Notes under the pieces: model-generated | Seen by the model: only the letters and a program-made list of their open reading frames with translations | Database searches by the model: none | Told to the model about the DNA's origin: nothing | Shown: piece by piece, positions 57,032-64,000 of the stretch | How the letters are laid out: each line of letters starts with the position of its first letter | Numbering within the stretch: the first letter of the stretch is position 1 | Assembly (NCBI GenBank): GCA_046331705.1 | Contig: JAXLQJ010000006.1 | Coordinates: forward strand, 62,001 to 126,000 | DNA length: 64,000 nucleotides | Source: a bacterium | GTDB taxonomy: Bacteria > JADJOY01 | Direction: 5' to 3' | Made by a program: the position numbers and the translations under genes

Positions 57032-58911
57032 GGAGGCAGCACGCTCGGTGTCGCCGGATTGCAGTCGTCGTCGCGGCCGTTCCGCGGGATCTCCGGCCGG
57101 CCCGGGTTCGCGCGCGAATCCGAGTCACTGCAGTCCAGCGCGACCTTCGCACAGCTCTTCGAGGCAGGGCGGCCGTATCCGTCTCCGTCGCGGTCCTTGC
57201 AGTCGCTGGTGGCCGCGTTGCAGTCGTCGTCGCGGTTGTTGCCGGGCACTTCTTTGCGACCGGGCCAGATCAGCGGATCGAGATCGTTGCAATCGAGCTG
57301 CGGATGCGCGCATCCCGCGGAAGCCGGGCTGCCCCACCCGTCGCGGTCGATGTCCGCACACGGATCACAGGCGTCACCCACGCCGTCGCCGTCACTGTCG
57401 GTCTGATCGAAATTCGGCACGCTCGGGCAGTTGTCACACGCAGGGCCGAAGCTATCGCCATCGTCGTCGGGTCCACCGCAGCGCGCCTCGAAGGCGCCGC
57501 GGTCGCAGCGGGCAATCGTGTCGCCGTCCCCGTCGAAGGGCCGCGCCAGACCGGTTTGATCGGTGGATGGACAGAGCGCGTCGACTGCGGAGTCGATCGC
57601 CGGGCTGCCTGGCAAGAGTGTTGCGACCTGAGCGTCGCTACCGATCGCCACCAACGGCCCGACTCCCGCGTTCGCCACCGACACGAGGTCGCTCGGTTGA
57701 TCGAACAGACACGAATTCCCCGGGCTTTCGAGATTGCCGCCGCCCGAGTGAATGCGTCCCGCTTCCGCGTCGAGGCAAACTCCGGCCAGCAGCGTATTGG
57801 TGAGCGTCAGGTGAGAGGTCGGTTCATGAACCTCGACATCGCGTCCGGTGCCGAGGATCGTGACGTTGAGAAGCGCCAGTGCCCCCGGCAGCGGCGCTGG
57901 GAACCATGCTCCCAAGTAGATGGCCTGGCCGGCATAAGCACCATTCCCAGCGAAGGTGGTATTCGTGATCGTTCCTGAAGCCACGTCGAGCGCGCCGCCC
58001 TCGTCCACATCGTAGTCGCCGTTTCTGCTGAACTCCGAGTCCCGGATGGTGACGTTGCGGGCGTATGCCCCGCCTCCTCGCCATGCTTTGTTGCCGGTGA
58101 CCCGGCAGCGCGCCAATTCGAGTGAGGTGCTCGCGTAAATGCCACCGCCGGCGACCGCACGGTTGTTGTCGATCCAACTGTCGGTGAGCGCCACGACGGC
58201 GCCATCGATGCCGCCGCCTTGACCGGAGCTGTCGAACCCGATGCCGCCGTTATTGCGAGCAAGCACGTTTCGTCCGGTGATGGTACCGGCCGTCAGCCCG
58301 TGACCGTTAGGACACCAGCTGCAGCCGTCACCTTGGTTGTTGGTGACCTCCACGTCCTCCAGGTCGAGGTTCGAAGTCTCGATGCCGATCGTGTTTCCGT
58401 AGGCCTTCACCCGGGAAAGATGCAGGCTTGCTCCCCCATGAATGCCGGCCCGGCCCTTGGTGACGGCGAGATCGAAGAAGTCGGCCTCCACTCCCGACGC
58501 GACCTCGAACGCGTTGGTACGCGATGAATAATGGTCGCTGGGCTGAGCCCCTTCGAAGACAGTCTCGTCTCGCGATGCGCCCCGGATGTTCGCGGAAGCG
58601 GTGATCGCCAAGCTCATGGCCTTCACGGGAACGAAGCGTCCAGCCGGGAACGCCACATCGTCCACACCCGACCCGGCGACGCAGTTGTCGACTTGAACGT
58701 CGCCATTCGCGGCTTCTAGCGCCTCGCGCACGCTGCAATTGCCGTTGGGCGGCAGGCCGTACTCGTCGACCATCGCGTCGACGACGATGGTGGCCGCGCT
58801 GGACGGGGCCGGCGCTGCGATCCTCGTCATCGCCACGAGGGCGATCGCGGCGGCGACACGCGGCCCACTGGCAGGGGACCTGCGCTCGCGAGAGTTTCCG
58901 TGGCGGAGCAT
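57028..58911 (-). CDS. CSLREA-domain secreted protein: beta-helix, choice-of-anchor Q, TSP3 and two putative metal-binding motifs
   Basis: NCSVREA; GGGI repeats; LLPGSPAID..DQTG..CDRGAFE; DNCPSVPNFDQTDSDGDGVGDACD; DCND..PG..E...N.RDDDCN twice. Confidence 0.87.
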   Translation of the reverse strand: MLRHGNSRERRSPASGPRVAAAIALVAMTRIAAPAPSSAATIVVDAMVDEYGLPPNGNCSVREALEAANGDVQVDNCVAGSGVDDVAFPAGRFVPVKAMSLAITASANIRGASRDETVFEGAQPSDHYSSRTNAFEVASGVEADFFDLAVTKGRAGIHGGASLHLSRVKAYGNTIGIETSNLDLEDVEVTNNQGDGCSWCPNGHGLTAGTITGRNVLARNNGGIGFDSSGQGGGIDGAVVALTDSWIDNNRAVAGGGIYASTSLELARCRVTGNKAWRGGGAYARNVTIRDSEFSRNGDYDVDEGGALDVASGTITNTTFAGNGAYAGQAIYLGAWFPAPLPGALALLNVTILGTGRDVEVHEPTSHLTLTNTLLAGVCLDAEAGRIHSGGGNLESPGNSCLFDQPSDLVSVANAGVGPLVAIGSDAQVATLLPGSPAIDSAVDALCPSTDQTGLARPFDGDGDTIARCDRGAFEARCGGPDDDGDSFGPACDNCPSVPNFDQTDSDGDGVGDACDPCADIDRDGWGSPASAGCAHPQLDCNDLDPLIWPGRKEVPGNNRDDDCNAATSDCKDRDGDGYGRPASKSCAKVALDCSDSDSRANPGRPEIPRNGRDDDCNPATPSVLPP

Positions 58912-58929
58912 GGCGGATCTCCGGATCTC

Positions 58930-58961
58930 GAATGGGGCGTGTGAACATGTTCACCCCATTC
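58930..58961. promoter_or_regulatory. Perfect 14-bp palindrome with flanking inverted repeat upstream of the CSLREA gene
   Basis: GTGAACATGTTCAC at 58941-58954 inside GAATGGG...CCCATTC. Confidence 0.45.
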
Positions 58962-59080
58962 GCCACGTGCGGTCTAGGCGCGCGTACATCGACTCCTGCT
59001 GAATCGCGAACGATCTCGTGAATTGGGACCGCGTACGCGTGGTCGCGCCGTGTGGATCTCGTCTCTTCCCAAGAGCGAGA

Positions 59081-61399
59081 TCAGCCGCCCACGCTCGTGC
59101 TCCAGGTGCTCGTGCCACCGCTCTCGAAATCGCCGACGAAGAGCACGGAGCCGCTCTTCCATCTCTGCAGCAGCGACTTCAGGGCCTGGGGTGAGTTGGT
59201 CGGCGCGGTATGGCCGGCCTGATCCAGTGACGATGCGCCGTGGCACGAGCCGCAGACACGGATCTCACCGGGCTGGAAGGTCACCCAATAGCGCTCGCGA
59301 ACGACCGGAACGCCCGCGGGATCGGTGAGCTGCCAGGTCATCGCGCGCCGCGCCGGAACGAACGCGGCGATCGAGCCGTCGGATTCCACGGCGACGCTCG
59401 CGACCGGACCGGTGTGGCTCGCGTTGGATGCTTGCGACCAGGTGTCGTGCAGCGCCCGCGCCAGCACCCGCCTTCCGGCCTGGGGCGTGGTGCTCGCGTT
59501 GGTGCCCGTGGTGCCGCGCACCAGGTCGCCCTGGAAGATCTGCAGGAACGCGATGTCGTAGATCTTCCCGCCCTTGCCGATCGTCTGCGCGCCGCCGCCG
59601 GGGACCCGCAGATTGAAAGGCTGCTGTAGGTCGAAGTCGTCGCGCGTGGTGGCGTTGCGGACCACGGCGAGCGCCAGGTCGTGGCTCACGAGGTAGTTGG
59701 TCAGCTCTTGCTCGGTGACGCCGGCGGCAGCGAGCATCGCTTGCTCGGGTGCGGCGAGGGCGGGAGGCGTGCGGCTCGGGGGAGTGCGCACGCGTAGCTC
59801 CACGGGATTGAGCTCCCAGAGCGTGCCGTTGAACGAGACCAGGTTGTCGGGGTCCCAATAGCTGAGCTGCTTGGTGATCCCCGACGTGAGCGTGGTGCCC
59901 GCCACCTGGTAGCCATTGGCGCCGGCGGTGAGCGTCTTGAGGCGGAACTCGTAGCTCGAGGCGAGCGGTCCGCCGGAACCCGATTCCGTGCTGGTGTCGT
60001 CGGTGTGTACCACGACGACGGTACCGTTCGTGAGCGGCGTGGGCTCGCGATAGTGCCCCGAGTGGTTGGCGGTGGCGGTGCTGCCGGCGGTGTCGCGGTG
60101 GGTCACGTAGGTCACCGCCATGTGATCGGCATCCGTCGACGGCGGAGCGTCCATCGACACCACCTGTCCCGAGGCATGGGTGTAGAACTCGGGTGCGTCG
60201 ACGCCGTAGTAGCGGCCCGGTGTGGTCGGGTCTTCCTCGATCTGGAAGAAGTTGTCGATGCGGCGTGGGTTGAAGCGTGTGTACTGGCCGTAGAACTCCT
60301 CGACGTTGGGGTCGTCGTCGATGGAAGCGGGGATGTAGCCGTGCAGCTCGTGGCGCCCGATGTGGTTCAACGTCTCGCCGCCCGTGCCGTTCTCTTCGAT
60401 GGTCCACGGGAAGAAGTGGTTGAACGAGTGCCCCACGAGGTTCGTGCCCGCGAGCAGGTCGCCGCGACAGGAACGCGGCTCCGGGAAGACCTCGCTCAGC
60501 ACGCCCGTGGTGACGTGCGCCTGCGGTGATTCCGATTCGAAGTCGATCGAACCGTAATCGCCGCCCGAGTCGCAGTTCTGGCCGGTGCCGGCGTTCTCGT
60601 CGGCGTCGGCGAGCTGGTCGCGCTGGAGGTGATCCCATTGCGTGAAGACCACGCGTCCGAAGCTGTCGATGGTGGGCGTGAAATCTCCCGAGGGCGCGTG
60701 GTTCAAGAGCTGGAGGTCACCGCTCGTGGGATCGAGGCGCCACAGCCCGCTCACCACGTACGCGCGCTCGTACTCGTCGCGCTGCGGATAGAGGTGCGCG
60801 AAACCGGCGCGCGGTCGATCGCTGGTGAAGAGGATCCTGTCGTCGGTGCCGTAGATCGGGCTCACGTTGTTCGCGTTCGCGGGCTGGTTCGGCACCTTGG
60901 TGATGACCGGCGTCTCGGCGGCGCCGAGCCCGGTGATCTCGTACATCTGCCAATAGTAGGTCTCGTACTCGTAGCGCTGGCCGGCGCCGCCCACGACCAT
61001 GCTGAAGAGCGCCTTGGTGCCGGACCAGTGCGGCGAAGGGTCGCGCACAGCGATGGCGGTGTTGCCCTGGAAGCCGCTCGCCACGCCGTAGCCCGCGGCG
61101 AGGGTGAGGTTCTTGAGCGTGCCGTCGCCGTAGCGAATCCACAGGTCGCCGCCGCGGCCGACCGATTGGAGGCTGGCGAGGTGGTTGCCGAAGGTCGACC
61201 CGATGGTGGTGAAGTCGGCGCGGATCGGCACCTGGGTGACGAAGAGGATCGGGTTGGGCAGCACCAGCGGTGCCTGCGGGGCGAGTGGCTGCTCGGCGGC
61301 GGCGCGCGCGTTCGAGGCGACCAGGACGGCGGTCAGCGTCACAAGGACTGCCCACCGCGCGAGTCGCGTGAATCGCACGTCCGTGTTCGCTCGCGTCAC
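59081..61399 (-). CDS. Secreted HzsA-related protein (TolB-like propeller, HZS-alpha-like domain, CxxCH)
   Basis: VRDPSPHWSGTKALFSM; DGSIAAFVPARRAMTWQL..ERYWVTFQPGEIRVCGSCH; tail LFVGDFESGGTSTWS. Confidence 0.8.
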   Translation of the reverse strand: MTRANTDVRFTRLARWAVLVTLTAVLVASNARAAAEQPLAPQAPLVLPNPILFVTQVPIRADFTTIGSTFGNHLASLQSVGRGGDLWIRYGDGTLKNLTLAAGYGVASGFQGNTAIAVRDPSPHWSGTKALFSMVVGGAGQRYEYETYYWQMYEITGLGAAETPVITKVPNQPANANNVSPIYGTDDRILFTSDRPRAGFAHLYPQRDEYERAYVVSGLWRLDPTSGDLQLLNHAPSGDFTPTIDSFGRVVFTQWDHLQRDQLADADENAGTGQNCDSGGDYGSIDFESESPQAHVTTGVLSEVFPEPRSCRGDLLAGTNLVGHSFNHFFPWTIEENGTGGETLNHIGRHELHGYIPASIDDDPNVEEFYGQYTRFNPRRIDNFFQIEEDPTTPGRYYGVDAPEFYTHASGQVVSMDAPPSTDADHMAVTYVTHRDTAGSTATANHSGHYREPTPLTNGTVVVVHTDDTSTESGSGGPLASSYEFRLKTLTAGANGYQVAGTTLTSGITKQLSYWDPDNLVSFNGTLWELNPVELRVRTPPSRTPPALAAPEQAMLAAAGVTEQELTNYLVSHDLALAVVRNATTRDDFDLQQPFNLRVPGGGAQTIGKGGKIYDIAFLQIFQGDLVRGTTGTNASTTPQAGRRVLARALHDTWSQASNASHTGPVASVAVESDGSIAAFVPARRAMTWQLTDPAGVPVVRERYWVTFQPGEIRVCGSCHGASSLDQAGHTAPTNSPQALKSLLQRWKSGSVLFVGDFESGGTSTWSTSVGG

Positions 61400-61685
61400 G
61401 TTTCACCCTCCACTGGTGGCTTCCCCCCGGGGCGCCATCCGCTGGCGGCGAGCGATGCACGCAATTGTCGAGCCCGACCGCGAATTGTCACGGTCGCGGA
61501 CGAATCGCCTGTCGCGCCGCGGACATTCCTTTCCGCCATCGCGGCGGATGCGGCGCAAGACGCGCGCTTTTCGTCACTTCCCGTGTCAGAGCGTCGGGCG
61601 TGCGCGGAGCGGGGGTGCGCCTCCCGAGTGATGGGGCTCGCGGTGTGGTGGGCGCTCGCGGGTCACGCCATCGCGTGCCCGAGCG

Positions 61686-62759
61686 TCAACCGAGCTTGTC
61701 GATGCGGCGAAGCTGGATGGCGCGGTCGGCCATCTGGGCGAGCATGCGCACCAGGTGGATCATCATCGCGAAGCGCTCGTCCTTCGAGAACCCGGTGACG
61801 TAGCGCTTGTAGATCTGCTGGAGCACCACGGCCATCTTGAAGAGGCCGAACACGAAGTAGTAGAGCGGATCGTCGACCGGCCGTCCGCTCGCCTGCGCGT
61901 AGCGCTCGACCACGCCCACGCGGTCGAGGCCGCCCTCGAGGAGTGTGGGCCCGAAGGCCGCCATCTGCAGCGGCTCGGGATCGTCGCGATCCACCCATAG
62001 GCTCAGGCTCGTGCCGAGGTCCATCCACGGGTCGCCGATGGTGGCCATCTCCCAGTCGAGGACGGCGACGATGCGCGTGACGTCGGCGGGGTCGAGGACG
62101 ACGTTGTCGTACTTGTAGTCGTTGTGGATCAGCGCCGCGCCGGATTCGGGCGGCATGCGCTCGGCGAGCCACGCGGCCGCGCGCTCGATCTCCGGGATGT
62201 CGTCGGTCCGGGAGTTGGCGTAGCGCTCGGTCCAGCCCTTCACTTGCCGTCCGACGTAGCCCGCCGGCTTGCCGAGGCTGGCGAGACCGGTGGCGTCCAG
62301 GCTCACGCCGTGAATGGCGGCGAGGTTGTCGACCAGCGCCTCGGACATTCGCCGTGCCTGGTCCGGCGCGATGGCGAGATCGCCGGCGGTGCGATTGCGC
62401 AGGATCACGCCGCGCACCCGCTCCATCACGTAGAAGGGCGCCCCCATCACCGCGCGGTCCTCGCAGTAGAGCAGCGGGCGCGGCACCTTCGGATACTCGC
62501 GGATCAGGCCCGAGAGGATGCGGTACTCGCGGCCCATGTCGTGAGCCGTCTTGATCTCCGGGCCGAAGGGCGGACGCCTGAGCACCAGCTCACGCTCGCC
62601 GATGCGCAGCGCGTAGGTCAGGTTCGAGTGGCCGCCGGGAAATTGCTCGATGGTGAGCGCGCCGCCGAGCTCGGGCAGCGCCGTGCGCAGGTATGCCTCG
62701 AGCTTGGCGGCGTCGAGCTCCTCGCCTTTGCGGACGGGCCTCGTTCCGTCGACGTTCAT
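61686..62759 (-). CDS. Phosphotransferase family protein (APH-like, ACAD10/11 N-terminal type)
   Basis: QFPGGHSNLTY, LRRPP..AHDMGRE, HNDYKYDN, LDWEMATIGDP; ATGA overlap with the upstream gene. Confidence 0.92.
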   Translation of the reverse strand: MNVDGTRPVRKGEELDAAKLEAYLRTALPELGGALTIEQFPGGHSNLTYALRIGERELVLRRPPFGPEIKTAHDMGREYRILSGLIREYPKVPRPLLYCEDRAVMGAPFYVMERVRGVILRNRTAGDLAIAPDQARRMSEALVDNLAAIHGVSLDATGLASLGKPAGYVGRQVKGWTERYANSRTDDIPEIERAAAWLAERMPPESGAALIHNDYKYDNVVLDPADVTRIVAVLDWEMATIGDPWMDLGTSLSLWVDRDDPEPLQMAAFGPTLLEGGLDRVGVVERYAQASGRPVDDPLYYFVFGLFKMAVVLQQIYKRYVTGFSKDERFAMMIHLVRMLAQMADRAIQLRRIDKLG

Positions 62760-63958
62760 CGCACGTCCAGCCCGTGGGCACGTAGCGCACGCCGCGCCAC
62801 GACGGTCTTGTGGACCTCGTCGGGGCCATCGTAGATGCGGGCGCCACGCTCGTGGCGGTACCAGTAGGCGAGCGGCGTCAGGTCGGTGATGCCCATGGCC
62901 CCGTGGACCTGGATGGCGCGATCGAGCACCCGTTGCAGCACGTTGGCGACGTAGTACTTGATGATCGAGATCGCCTCGCGCGCCTCGACGAGCCCGTGCT
63001 TCTCGATGCGCTCTGCTGCATCCAGCACCATGAGTCGCGAGGCGTGGATCTCGGCGCGGCTGTCGGCGATCCATTCCTGCACGATCTGGCGGGTGCCGAG
63101 CGCCTTGCCGGGCGAGAGCTCGCGTCGCGCCGCGCGCTCGCACATGAGCGAGAACGCGCGCTCGCAGATCCCGATCCAGCGCATGCAGTGATGGATGCGG
63201 CCCGGGCCGAGGCGGTGCTGCGCGATCGCGAAGCCCGCGCCCTCGGCGCCCAGCAGGTTCCCGTAGGGCACGCGGCACTCCGCGAGCTCGACCTCGCCGT
63301 GGCTCGTGAACTCGGCGCCCGGCTCGCCCATCACGGGCAGATTGCGGATCAGCCGGAAACCTGGCGTCGTCGTGGGTACGATGATCTGGCTGGCGCGCGC
63401 GTGGGGGCTCTCGGCCTCGGGCGCGGTGACGGCCATGCAGATCGCGAACGCGGCGCCGTCGGCGGCGGTGGTGAACCATTTGCGGCCGCTCAAGACCCAC
63501 GAATCGCCGTCGCGGCGCGCGCGCGTCTGCAGCCACGTGGGGTTGGATCCCGGGGAGTCGGGCTCGGTCATCGCGAAGCAGCTGCGGATCTCGCCGCGCG
63601 CCAGCGGCTCGAGCCAGCGCTTCTTCTGCGCCTCGTTCCCGAAGGCGAGGAGCACTTCCATGTTGGCGATGTCGGGCGCCTGGGTGTTGAAGAAGTAGTG
63701 GCCGAGCGGGCTCGTTCCCAGGATCTCGCTCACGTGCGCGAAGTCGGTGAGCGAGAGCTCGAGCCCACCCATGGCCTTCGGCATGTGGGGCGAGAAGAGC
63801 CCCAGCGACTTCACCTTCTTGCGCTTGAGCTCGAGGGTGGGCTTGAGCTCGGCGAAGGGCTTGGCCAGCGCCTCGGCCTCGAACGGATAGACCTCGTCGC
63901 GCATGAAGGCGCGGATGCGATCGAGCACGGGGACGAGGGCGGCGCTGGGTTCGTGCAT
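62756..63958 (-). CDS. Acyl-CoA dehydrogenase
   Basis: FAMTEPD, GRKWFTT, RLGPGRIHHCMR, IQVHGAMG, RIYDGPDEVH; GGAGG-type RBS. Confidence 0.95.
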   Translation of the reverse strand: MHEPSAALVPVLDRIRAFMRDEVYPFEAEALAKPFAELKPTLELKRKKVKSLGLFSPHMPKAMGGLELSLTDFAHVSEILGTSPLGHYFFNTQAPDIANMEVLLAFGNEAQKKRWLEPLARGEIRSCFAMTEPDSPGSNPTWLQTRARRDGDSWVLSGRKWFTTAADGAAFAICMAVTAPEAESPHARASQIIVPTTTPGFRLIRNLPVMGEPGAEFTSHGEVELAECRVPYGNLLGAEGAGFAIAQHRLGPGRIHHCMRWIGICERAFSLMCERAARRELSPGKALGTRQIVQEWIADSRAEIHASRLMVLDAAERIEKHGLVEAREAISIIKYYVANVLQRVLDRAIQVHGAMGITDLTPLAYWYRHERGARIYDGPDEVHKTVVARRALRAHGLDVR

Positions 63959-64000
63959 GGAGGACCTCGGGTCAGCGGGAGCGAGGGAGCGTGGAGGGTG

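Noticed and set aside
59081-61399. Anammox hydrazine synthase
   Set aside because: No hzsB/hzsC, only one CxxCH, and a secreted-protein tail.
1-64000. Many long overlapping ORFs in the track (e.g. 2377..4620 +, 5430..7658 +, 12798..15095 -, 47851..50073 +)
   Set aside because: Arg/Ala/Pro-rich shadow frames of real genes in high-GC DNA, with no recognisable motifs.
1-64000. CRISPR array, rRNA, IS transposase or riboswitch
   Set aside because: No regularly spaced repeats or recognisable signatures seen by eye.

Overview
GC-rich bacterial chromosomal segment; the secreted-protein tails suggest a Myxococcota/Binatia/Acidobacteriota-like host, but taxonomy cannot be fixed from this window. Contents in order: (1) housekeeping and catabolic genes (ogt, DUF2236, MarR-PAS-ClC, DUF885, SDR, acyl-CoA ligase, lysine-dehydrogenase-like + ALDH7 pair); (2) several uncharacterised secreted or membrane proteins, including two paralogous ~670-680 aa lipoproteins 39 kb apart; (3) tRNA-Arg(UCG) followed by a decayed ~9 kb island with a truncated large serine recombinase, a TerB-N/TerB/TerB-C + DUF2791 ATPase + Lhr-like helicase operon (candidate defence system) and a K+ channel; (4) a divergent arsenic-resistance cluster; (5) a clade II nitrous-oxide reductase operon (hemerythrin-cyt c-nosZ-D-F-L-Y-B-fasciclin) divergent from norR, with three GT-N7-AC NorR boxes and a sigma54 -24/-12 promoter facing the nos genes; (6) an F420-type LLM gene, a decayed DUF6036 two-gene module, a CSLREA protein, an HzsA-like heme protein and an acyl-CoA dehydrogenase/phosphotransferase pair. 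The strongest candidate for a new system is NO-sensing NorR/sigma54 control of N2O reduction, with no NO reductase gene in the window. Several frameshifts (nosD, helicase) look like long-read indel errors. All family calls come from motif recognition by eye; no searches were run.
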